A stretch of DNA of 64,000 nt from Albugo candida (taxonomy: Eukaryota). This document shows, in pieces, positions 26,166 to 37,939 of the stretch. Location of the stretch: positions 496,001-560,000 of the forward strand of contig JBDOQK010000009.1 of NCBI GenBank assembly GCA_040437565.1. Reading direction: 5' to 3'. Under the pieces are notes generated by a model. The model did no database searches. It had not been told where the DNA came from and was given only the letters and a program-made list of their open reading frames with translations. Made by a program: the position numbers and the translations under genes. How positions within the stretch are numbered: the stretch's first letter is position 1; every line of letters starts with the position of its first letter.

Positions 26166-29100
26166 TATGGATAAGCCTACTTACCATTCGTTAAGTAACT
26201 CCAGCCCATATCCTTGTCATATAGCACTTAAATATGTAATAATGCAATCTATGAAATGGGACAATGAATCAATCAAGCTGATGAGAGTATTTTGTCTGCA
26301 TTCTCTACGCTCGCAAGCGAAGATAAAATATAGTACTGCAACCGCCGACTACACATCTTCAGAAGTACAACGCCTAAATGCCTTCTGTGTATTGTATGCA
26401 AAAACTTTATTATCGAATGAATCTACTTCTGTCAGCACCACAGAAGGCCTACTCCTCTATCTAACGCGCACGACGCGAATACTCAACGACAACTAACGTA
26501 AGGTCGAATAGAGAACACTTCGGCGCCGAGTCAAAAGCTAGCTACCAATACACGATTGTGATGCAGCAATGCGAGCAGTCCAGAACAAAAAGATTTTAAA
26601 AAATGAAGAAAACAGAATAGTGTGTTCAGCTACTCGATAACGCAGTTTTATGACCCTAATGAGGTACAAACGATAGGAATAAAATATTCGAGTACAGTCG
26701 TTTTTTTTTTGCATTCGTATATTTGAGTTCCGCGAAATGCTACAGGATCCATTACAGCATAGTTTAGCACACCATCAATGCAATGGAACTGATGCTATAC
26801 ACATCGTAGTCGTTTGGAATGCCAGTGGCAAGCAAAGGCGAGCAAACGTTAGCTTACGGAATAGTACTGGGACCTCATATGCCTATAATTACTGATAGCC
26901 TGTGTCAATGTTTGGTAGAACTGTCCTACTCAGTGCTGTACGCTGACCTGCTGTAATGCTCGATAAATCACAAGGCACACGCAAAAGCAAACTGATTGAA
27001 TCTTTTGGAGCATAGAATACATTGAGAGTGAAAAGCCGACGCCAAATCAAGAACGGTCGACATCAATGCAAACGCAAACACATAACATTTACAATGCATT
27101 TATTCTTCATATTCTTTCATTACACAAACGGTACCCAGAGGCTTGTGAAAGAGTTATTTTTCTCTTTGTGAAAGGAAAGTATAATATGCGGCACCAGCCC
27201 ACCCGGAACTATTGCGATTGCTGTCGTAATAAAGGGCGTCTATTCATGATGTTTGAATGGCCGCAAAACGGATCCTTGCGATGTAATCTAAAGGGTCGAG
27301 AGCCCCAAATCCCACATTACATAAAAAAGATATATTGCGCGCTGTTCTGTTGCTTGGAATGTTATCGAGTTATATCCTTTTCGCCATGAATCACTGTACG
27401 TCGAACATGTGGCTCAATCATTTTGAATACCTGCTGCACATATGCTGCCATGAACGGTTTCCATTCTCCTTCACGAAACTCATGGATCTTTATAGAATAA
27501 GTCAAAGTGTCGCATATAAGGCACCAGAAAGCCAGAGCAATCTCAGCATTCGGGTACATTGGGCGTGTCGTGCTGTGTTATTGAGCATTCTTTGCTTCCG
27601 TCTTCTTGGTGATGCACATTGGACATACGTTAAACGCCGACATCTTGATAATATATTTTTCACATATTCTGCTGGAAAATACTTCGAGTTGCAAATCCTG
27701 AAAATAAAGAAATTTCCGAATAGAGTTTCATGGAGCCAGAAAATATCATCCGAGCTTTTTTACGTGCTTAAATGAGAGTAACAAGCCTACTGCTACACCG
27801 TATCACTTCTCGAACATGTATAACCCTGCCGATCACACCCTTATCATGTTGACAGTGCTCGTGGAACATAGAATACAAGAATGACCTTACCGAGAGACCA
27901 CAAGAAACAATCTTCTACCAATCGAAGGAATCACGAGCGTTGAGGAGAGTGGCTTTAGTATGATCCAATGTTCGTACAGGTACTCATCGTATTTCTATAG
28001 GATACAGCTTTTAGTCACATTTCCACCGGACAAGTTATAAATCCTTCTTCATTCTGCACGATCACAGCAATATGAGATGGTGAAAAGAAGTCAAAACCAA
28101 GAGTAGACAACTGCGAAGCCCAATTATTAATATCTGAGTGTGATGACGACAAATGAGTGGCAGAGCTATATACAAGGTTCATCGTTCACACAGCAATCAA
28201 CTTTCGCAGTAACATACGGTATTGCAGGCTATCAGATTATGTGCACTCTCATTCAACCTCATGCGGCCGGTCGTATTTCGCTTTATTTTTTATTGTACTC
28301 GGTGGAGCATTCGCCTACTAGGAAAAAGTAGTCAGGTCAGCTGTCGTATTCTCGTATCTGCTTTGTTTGGCGTGCTTAATCAAGCTTTCAACGCTTCTTA
28401 CAGAGGCAAGGGCTCTAATCCTGGCGGCAGCTCTTATCGATGTGTTCCTGTCGTAGTAATTAGATGCGCTGGCGGTCATGTCATTGATATGCCACACGCG
28501 GGCTTTTGTGCTGAGAAGATGTGATATATAATCATGAGTAGAAACGAGAAGTAGCCGAGCTTGTTTGCGTTCAATGGCACAACTTGGTTCTCCCGCAACT
28601 CTTTTTGAGTAGCATTGCTGACGTTCTCTAGCGAGCTTTACATTTTTTGAGACCTCAATAAGGAGTATAGTTATTAGGGCATGAGAACTTTCGAAACAAA
28701 GACAGTTTATTGCAACTTATTATCAATGGTCGACGTCGACATTTGGACGAGGGCACTACGATGACGCGCTAATCGTACGAAAGCCGTACGACCAAAAAAG
28801 AGAAAAATTGCAGGAGGATCAGGCAATTGCGGGCGCTGCTGCTGAGTTAAATAGACCAGGTTTTTTGTTCAATGGAATGTGCACAGCCGAAAGAGCAGGT
28901 TCCGGTCAAAGCCAAGCCATAAGAAGATCTTTTGCATTGGATTTCAATTGGTGTTCTGTTGAGATAACTACTTGATGGATACTCACTAGGAGCTTACACC
29001 GGTCGTACCTCTAGGAATTCATTAAAGCCTTATATTAGCGTTCAGAGCACACTTTGAATCAGGTTTTCTTTCCGTATAGTTCACTACACTTATAACCAGC

Positions 29101-29559
29101 AACTTTTCGCCCCTCTTCCCTTCCGTTAAGGCTTCTTGGATATGCGCATGACAAAACATGTGGAACCACTGAAGGATAATTCATTGATCGGGCTACCTTG
29201 CAGTGGTTTCGGAATTTGGCTAGGCCAGTTCTCCATGGAGCAGTAACGATTTGAAATCCGGCAAAACATCGTGTATTTGACAGAGGGGGGATCGTAACTG
29301 GCCACTTAAAACTTTTAATCTGATAGTAGAATTGCATTTTCAGCCAATGCTTGACGACCATTGGGGCGTAAAAAGGACAGTGGCCATCAACTTACTTTTC
29401 AAAATGTCAAAGTCAATTGTAACACGCGATGAGACCGATCTTTTTAAACAGCGTATTCTGCTTGCCGTCCACTCAACTCCTTGCGATACCCATTCATATA
29501 TTGCCGGGGGTTTTCTAAATATCGCCGGAATTGGTTCAATGTAACAGAGGCAAGTGCTC

Positions 29560-31050
29560 TTGGGACTGATTACGCAAGCCAACCCACGAATAATCGCAGT
29601 TCTTCCGCGCGTGCGCTTTGCAGCTCCCCAGAAAATTTCGATGTAATTTAGCTCGCAGCGAGCTTTGGATAGAAGATCACCACTTGTCCGGCCGCAAAAT
29701 GATCATCTCCTCCAGCATGCCTCGCTGCGAAACAAAAAACTTCGGCTGGCTTGCCATGACCTTCCTGGCACAGCAATAAGTGTTTCCAACCTGAACTTGT
29801 TCCGGCAGCTCAAGTTGAGACCTTCTCACCACTGCCCTGGTTCCTACAGAGCAGGTTTTATTCGCTTCGGTTGTTCGTGGCAACCAAGATTCGGGTGATG
29901 TCTTGAAAAAATCATGCTTTAAAAAGTTCCTTAACCCCAGGTGGTGCTTCGGATAAGAGAAAGTTTACCATCAAAACCCAAATTCATTCGGTGTGCGCCG
30001 AGGACGTCAAGGGGAAAGGCGCAGTACCCACTTGCTTTTAACAAATGCAAACATGGTTTGCTTCCCGGAAAACTGAGCTTCAAAAATGGGGATCCCACTC
30101 TCCTTCACCTGCTTCAGTAAGTCTTCAGCCTCCCATTAATCATCATATTAGGTTTCCGGTTGCGTAAGCACGCAAGCTTCAGCGGAAAGGTTGGGCGGCT
30201 GCAGCTTTTTTCATCTTCCAGTGCTAAGTGACCTCCCACATCACTAAGAAAGTCGCTGACATTAATTGACTGTTCTTGCCGTTTCCTGCCGAACGGCTTC
30301 TCACCAATGGGAAACCAGAAGCTTTTTTAATCGTCATAAAAGGAAATGGTGATCTCGTCATGTGTTACCGAATCAAGGGACTCAGCTTTTCCACCGGCGG
30401 CGAAACACAGATACTCTCATCATATCCATGCAAGCCCTCCAATGCCGGCAAACGTTATTTATACTTACAAATTTGTTCCAGAAACATTTGACCTCATCTT
30501 CTCGCTCATACCCATCGACGTAGATGTGTTTTTGAACTTCACAAAGCGATATATCCAGGGAATGCAGCCATCGCATCGTGGTCCGTTCTGAAATTCGGAG
30601 TGATGGTGCATATCCAAGGCCGTTGAGAATCTTTTCATTTATATGGGCTGTCAATGTTTTCATTCAAATTTTAAATTTGTTCTCCCGAACATATTGCTGC
30701 AAAGGCAATAAATAGTCTTCGTCTCGTAACACGCTCCGGCGCTTTGCATTTTTGCCTTGGCGAAACAAAGGCAATTTTTCATCCTTTGGGAGATTTGCAC
30801 CTAGGCGTGTTCAGAGTGTGTGTGCCAAATTCTTTTGCCGGAACATTCAGCCGTCAGCTTACTTGCATCTAGGCGTCCTTCCCCGCCGTAAAAGACACAG
30901 ATAATACAAAACAGCAACCCTACGGATTAGTTGCTTGCTTTTGCTGCAAATATCGGCTTCCTACTGCTACCAGCTGCTCAATTGAAGTGTGTGGTACTTC
31001 GGCCAGCAACCGACTCATTCGATGGTTATCTCAACTATCGACAAGCGTTT
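29560..31050 (-). mobile_element. IS630/Tc1-type DDE transposase remnant, same family as 37940-41470
   Basis: GKNAKRRSVLRDED, ISERTTMRWLH...IYVDGYERED, IFEAQF, CCARKVMASQPKF, ELNYIEIFWGAAK. Confidence 0.8.
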
Positions 31051-31099
31051 TTACGATGGGTTTGGTGTATGGTTTCGACGAGCATGAACTGTCCGTGGT

Positions 31100-31426
31100 C
31101 GACTAATGATCGCGCAGACGATGATTCTATCACGTTTGTGGCATTATACGATGCACGTAAACATACCAGCAGTGACTATTCGACAATGGCAATCGATGTT
31201 AAATCGATTTGTGCTTGGTCGGAAACACAACAAAGATTCAAAACATGTTCACCTACTCAACAAAGAGTTTTTACATCTTCGCCGAAAAGATGGTGGACTA
31301 CAAGTTCCTTTTATGGTGGGACGACTAAAGCTACAAGGTATTCACTTCCTTCAGCATTTCGCATCCGATGCGTCAACAATTATTCCTGCGAATTGGACAA
31401 CTGCTTCGACGGAATTATTACAACTT
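31100..31426 (+). mobile_element. LINE ORF2 fragment (post-RT region)
   Basis: LSRLWHY...QSMLNRFVLG...LHLRRKDGGLQVP resembles the L1/Tx1 post-RT GGL motif. Confidence 0.5.
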
Positions 31427-32352
31427 NNNNNNNNNNNNNNNNNNNNNNNNNNNNNNNNNNNNNNNNNNNNNNNNNNNNNNNNNNNNNNNNNNNNNNNNNN
31501 NNNNNNNNNNNNNNNNNNNNNNNNNNTACAAGCTGGACACAGTCTCGTATTAAGGGTGCTGAGGCTACTACGATACGAGATTATCAACGAGACGACATTT
31601 TATCATCTCTCACAGGTATTTCACGAAACGTTTTTTATGTGTATATATGTTATTTAAGATGGCCTAGGCAACTAGAGAAGTCAGTTAGTCTAATTCTAGT
31701 AATATAGACACCTTCAACTGAAGTGTCTGGTACTCTCTCTGACTCCAGCGACCCCTCTTCCTTCGTCGCTGTATAATGAAATATCCGAATAGTCGCGGTA
31801 TCTGTTTCTTTGCGCTTCATCTACCTGGTTTGTGTTTACTTCACCAGGTGCCCACTAGTTAGTCAGAGGTCAGCAACCAGCGTCTGCGCGTCTGTTTACG
31901 GCGGTTTTCCGCCTTGCGGTGCGTCCGTAGTCAAAAGCATAGCGCGAAGGTCTATTCGACGACGTAATTGGCTGCGCGGCTCTCAATGCCGTCAAAAATG
32001 TTCGCCTTCAGCTTCGTGTTCTGCATCCTACAAATCCTCTCTCAAACCCAAGGATTCGTCCTCTTTACTACAACTTGCGTCATCTAAGCTACCAGACACA
32101 GTCAAAGCACGTTCCTACATCTTTCGACGCTTACTTTCCACAGCCAGTTTGGAAACAGCCTTCAATTTTGGATGGAATTTAGTAGGAAGCAGCATTGTGA
32201 AATGTAGGAGGGGAAGAAAAAGATGCTCGGATGCGGTGTCAAAGCCTCGTTCAGTATGGGTCTGCTTCACACAGGTAGTGAGACCCCTATTTTGTAAATA
32301 AATTGGTCGACGCAGGTAGTGGGACCACTAAAATTCAGATTTTGGCCACCCC

Positions 32353-33090
32353 AATCAACTACTGATGATGTAAGTGCCGTTCACCTTGAAGGAAACGGAG
32401 ACTGGTATTCTGGTTAATAAAATACAGAACGTGGTATTTATTTCTTTGTACTGTACATGGATACAGAAGCGTTGCTTACAGACAAACAGTGAGAAACGAA
32501 GAGGCTGTACAGAAAGTTTCACTTTGAATATCGCATCTTGCGAACATTCCACATGAATACTGATGACTGCATTGAGAGCATTGCTGCGATGGATCTCCCA
32601 CCCAATGGTTTACGTAAGTGTATTCTACGAAGAAAATGCGAAACCTCAGTTCCTGTCAGAGCATCTAATGCACTCTAATCTCTATAACTGACCTCGTTAA
32701 TATGAGTTTGGTAATCTGCAAAGTCCATTTACTTGTTAAGCCATGCATTGGAAAATGTTGATGTTTAGGAAGGTCAAATTCTTCCGGTGAGATGCGGATC
32801 TGGTCGCCTTGGAATCTATAAACATAGTTAGCACAATGGCTCGCCGGTATCATGGGGGTCTAGTAGAAGTACTTCAAAGTGTTTATCGTCGAGATCTGCT
32901 TCACACAGGCAGTTCATCCCTTTCGAATCTGCCCCCAGTTCAACCCGAAAATACACAAGCTAATTCTTCTTCTTTGATCTAGACATATGTAGCCATCCCC
33001 ATGGATTCCTCATGCATTCGTTGATAATTGTACAATACAATGTAGCGTAGCTTGTAAGCCCAGGTAGAATTGCGTCCGGGAAATGTACAT
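32353..33090 (-). pseudogene. Pseudogene paralog of the secreted pepsin-fold protein at 46963-47766
   Basis: MYISRTQFYLGLQATLHCIVQLSTNA* (TGA at 33010-33012 where the paralog has TGC); downstream CANYVYRFQG and KWTLQITKL match CDVYSYAFKG and KWTLQLSQV. Confidence 0.75.
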
Positions 33091-33365
33091 TTTAAAGAGA
33101 AACTTGTCTAAGACCGAAAAAGTTGACAAATGAGAGAGATCGAACTAAAAATAAGGCGCTTAGATATCCCGAGTGGATGGCTATTAGGGCCGAGAACACA
33201 TACGTGAGAGATGGGCGTACATTCTGTTCATCACTCACATCCTTGACGACATGTCGACAGAATGATATTTTTATATCAGGAAAAGGTCACGGCCACACCT
33301 CGCGTGACATTCATTTTATAATTTTATGAGGAATATCAATATTGACCGACTATCCCAGTGGTCAC

Positions 33366-36300
33366 TGCTGAGCAGGGGGCGAAATTGGTAGTACGTTTAT
33401 TAAGCTTCAAATTGCCAAGTCCAGTAAATGTTATATTAGAATCTTCAGCATGTCCTTTAGTATCCAATCCGGTCTACACCATCACCACTTCCCCGTGGCT
33501 TGAATTCTCCAACGTTTGACTTATTCAACAACACTCGGAATTGCTTAGTCGCTAGTGTCTTGGTCAAATAATCAGCCACTTGACACTTTGAATTAACATA
33601 CTTCACTTCATATATTTCCGAATTTTCACTAGCTCACGGACAAAATGATGGCGAATGTCGATGTGCTTTTCTCGACTCTGATGCCCATCATTCTTTGCAA
33701 TAGCAATTGCACCCTAATTGTCCTCATATACAGTAATTACGGACTCTCGCTGAATTCTCAACTCTTCCAGGAGACTCTTGATCCACATGACTTCTTGGAC
33801 ACAAAGCGTTAGTGCAACATATTCTGCTTCGGCGGTACTCAAAGCAAGAACTCTGTTAATCTTGTCTTGAAAGGACAGGTGATCGATTCATCATGACCAT
33901 GATACCTGACATTAATCGACGCTTTTCTTTGGATGCAGCTCAATCGGCGTCGCTATACGCACGAATCTGTATATCTTGGCCAGATCGATACCAAACCCAC
34001 TTGCTTTCGTTTCCTTTAGATATCGCAAAACTCGAATTGCTGCCTTCCAATGTTCCTCGGTTAGGTTTTCGAGATGTCGACTTAGCTGACATACAGAAAA
34101 TGTATTATCAGGTCTTGTCTAATTCGCAATGTGCAGTAAAATGATCCAACCAACGATCTATCTTCATCCAAAGGTCTTTTGGCTCACTTTTCGTCTGACT
34201 GACCCACAACTGTTGGTCTGTGAACTGGTTTCGAGTCAACTTGTTTAAACTTTTCGATCATTCTGCTGCCTGCGAGATCTTCATTACTCTCTTACTTTTG
34301 CAAAATTTAGCTTCCATGACAAGGATGTATCTCACTTGGCCAAGTGTCTTCAGTGAAAACTCGTTCTTCAATTGTAACGTGATGTTGTTAATTTTAATAT
34401 ACACACTAGGAAGTTCTCCAAAGTAAGTGTATTATCCATCTTCACTGTCGTACCTACGAGCAACCTCCTTTTTTCCACTCCTTCTCTCATTTGATTTCGG
34501 CACCGGCATCATACTGCCTCTTCTATCACCTGCTGGACTTCAATCATCAAATCCTGTCAGAAGTGGTACCGAGGCGGCCAGAGACCTGGCAACATACCAC
34601 TTGATCAGATACCATCGTCCAACAATTAATCAATCCCAAACTTCTTGCTCCTATCACCGGGTCGTCAACATACAAAACAATGTATGTGGAAAGATGTTCC
34701 GCATGTCGAACAGAGATGCAAGAATCCGTCTTGCATCGAATGAATCCTAGCTTTATCTAAAACAAAATTGTGATCAACTTGTACCGTGTGACAGCTGCTT
34801 TCTTTAGGCCATATAAACTACGGTTCTGCTTGCGATCGTGGCTCGATTGATTCGATACCCTTTCCGGTGGCTAAATGAACATGTCTTTTTCCAGAGTACC
34901 ATTAAGAAATGCGGTATCCACATCATATTGCTGCACGTGGTAGAATCGGTGACAGCACAAAGTCAAGAGTACACGAATTGAATTAAAATTCGCAACAGAA
35001 GAGTATGTCTCAATAAGTAGTCTACGTCATGGGTTTGTGGATAGCCCAATGCAATGAGTCTTGCTACATAACATTGGATCTCTCCTTTGCCATTCTTCTT
35101 GATTGAAAATACCCACTTAGTACCTATCATTTTCTGCCTTGGTGATCCTTTTAACATGGTCCAAGTTGACTTTTTCTCGAAAGCTGCCAATTCCTCTTTG
35201 GTAGCTTCAAACCACTGTTCCGTTCCAGGCGATTTCCGCACGCCTTGATAGTAATTTGGTACTTCCAATTCTAGATAGCTTTTTCATCTACTAGCCCGTA
35301 TCGATTCTTCGGTCGACCACAATCAACTAAATCGCTCTCCTAAGGGACGATGTCGCCTGAGGGACCACCGTCCAAGATTGCTAATTGCGAAATCCATGCA
35401 AAAGTGTCATCTAAAATTTTTACCACAACTATGATCTTCGTCATCATATCTTCTGTTTCTTGGCACCCTGGTCGTATTGGGGAGATTTTCTTTTGAAGCA
35501 CTACCGTCAATATCAATATCATGCGTTGGGGAATTTTGAGCTGCGATGATGATGGCTGATGAAGTTTTCCATTTCAACACCAACATCAACGCTCGGTACA
35601 CTACAAATGTTCGCATTAAAATCCTCGTGCCATACGTCCGTTTTGAATGACAATTCAGAACTTGAACGTGACTGATCTAGTTTGATTCTTCGAATACAAC
35701 TCTTCGAATTATTACCGATTTATTTGTTCAGGATCGGTCACTCGATAACCCTTTGCTGTCATCGATTATCCGACAAACATACAAGGAAATGCTTTGTCAT
35801 CAGGCTTTTTCTCTTTGCCTTGTCGATGTGTGCAAAACTCTTTGAACCAAAAACACATAAGTTGCTTAAATTCGGTCAAGCTACAAAGCAAACTTCAATG
35901 GGTGTCTTGGATTTTCAAACTGAGCATGGAATGCGAATGGTGATATATACCGCGGTATTGATTTCTTCCGCCCATCCCTGTTTGCCGACATTCTTCCATG
36001 CTATTATGGATCGATCTCGCTCCATCAATGTACGGCTCATTCGCTCGTCCAAACCGTTTTGCTGAAACGAGTAATATGCAGTTGTTTGATTTATAATCCC
36101 GGCATTTTTACATAGGTATGAATTTCTTGTTGCTGCATTCCCCCCCCCGCCGCCGTTGTTTGATTCTCCATTAACGCTTTCTATTCCTCAACCTTTTCAA
36201 ACACTTCGCTCTACGATGCGATGAAAATGGCCACAGTATATCTGGGTTCTTCGCCAATAAACGTGACAACATACGTTGCACTCCCCCCCCCGTGATTTGA

Positions 36301-37848
36301 TTTGTATGGGACCCAATACGTCACTGTGTACAAGTTCAAGAGCTCTTCATGTCTTCATCTCACCATCCTTAGATTTTGGGAACCATTTCACATTCACTTA
36401 CACATTAAAACATCCTGCACATATTTGATGATCACGATCGTGGTGTACATTCAAATACATTCCCTCAACACGTTTACTGGCGCTTTTAAGATTTGACATT
36501 GATATACGCCCAAGGTGCGCATGCCATAAATCCATATCCAGTTCCGCATTTTCTTGAATGGCATTCTCCACCCCAAAATAAACATCGCAATACGCACAGT
36601 TTGCCTCTTTTCTTAAGTTTTTTCGCCGATTGACCGTTCTTCATGATACTGCATCATTGTCCTTCATAATTGACTTCAAATTCTCTTGACACCAAAGCTG
36701 ATACTGGCAGTAGTCGTCGATCCATGCCTGGTACTAATAGAACATTATAGGTTTTTATTCGGTCTCCATTTTCCAATATGACAGGAATCGTTCCAGCTTT
36801 TGTGGCTGTAACTTGACGACCATTTTCTACAGCGATTTGAATTGATGATTTGAGTGGTTTGAGATCCGTGGATTCTTCTGCCAATGGACTCATGTGATAC
36901 TACCTGATACTACCACCACTGTCGAGTAACCAATTCATGTCAGATTTATTGTTTGACGCCATAAACGCATGTCCGCTGCTCGGCTGCCGTCTTGACTACT
37001 GTCGCGTTTGTCGGCACTCAAATATTCTATGACCAGTGCGTTCATATCCAAAACACTTCACACTGAACTTCTGTGCTGTTCCACCCGCTATTTATAGTTT
37101 TCTCATTTTGGTGTTCTTAGCTGCTTGGTCGCTCTCAAAGCAAGTTCCGGACTCCTTCCATTACAGCGATTCATATTCTCACTGTATCATCTCCTTCGCT
37201 TGCATCATATTCATGTTTGAAAACTTTTCGATGCTTTTTCACGATTGAGTCGTGCTCATCCGACAGACTGCCCAACAGGAGGATGTTCTGCTCATCTTGA
37301 TCCATGCTGTCTCCAATCGCAGCCATTCTAGTGCAAATCAAATCAAATTTCAATGCGTTTCTTCCTCCCCTTCCATCCTGAATTATGCACTACTCGTCTC
37401 ATTTGTATAAGATTGTGCGTGTTTCGCCGAACAAAAACCTCTTTTCAAGATTTCCTACGCTTCCGCTGTATTTGACACCTAACGAATCAATGACTGGGAC
37501 TTAAGGATTATCACGATTGCAATAGTGAAAAGTGCCTTAACATCATTGACTGTCCACATTTCTATTGTTATATCGGTCTCATTCGGAATCTTCAATGTCT
37601 GGATATGTCCGTGGCGATTCTTCCTCGCTAACCTCATCCGAGCATTGAACTTCCATACGAAATAATTATCTTCGCGCAAAAAGTCGTGCTATTTCGTCGA
37701 GGTTAGGTTCATAACCTGCTGACTAGTAATGAGCAGGGGCAGAAAATGGAAAGTACGTTTATTAACTTTTAGATTACTAACTACAGTAAATGTAATGTTA
37801 GGATCTTCAGCATGGCCTTAGTGTCCAATGTGCTCTACACCATCAACA
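33366..37848 (-). mobile_element. Full-length but decayed Copia LTR retrotransposon
   Basis: LTRs 37717-37848 and 33366-33487 (TG...CA); PBS GGTTATG at 37710-37716; purine tract before the 3' LTR; gag (EDNYFVWKF; LLLGSL), zinc knuckle, protease WLLDSG, integrase, RT (IGTKWVF; YDVDTAFLNG; SLYGLK), RNase H (LSTAEAEYVAL; KHIDIRHHFVRE). Confidence 0.92.
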
Positions 37849-37939
37849 GTAATGATCGAGAGTCTTGTTTTGGCTGCTGACGCACAATTGATTTGCACGA
37901 GACAGTAAAGGTTGCCTAGTTTCTGATAACCGAGTATCG

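Noticed and set aside
25153-26496. Twin 109-aa plus-strand ORFs (25153, 26167)
   Set aside because: They are the two versions of one locus; one start is TTG and the other ATG is created at the SINE junction; no domain is recognisable.
31750-32352. Possible DNA-transposon end (two CAGGTAGTG.GACC repeats, terminal TTTTGGCCACCCC) and the 163-aa ORF at 31810
   Set aside because: No matching opposite TIR was found and no recognisable protein motif.
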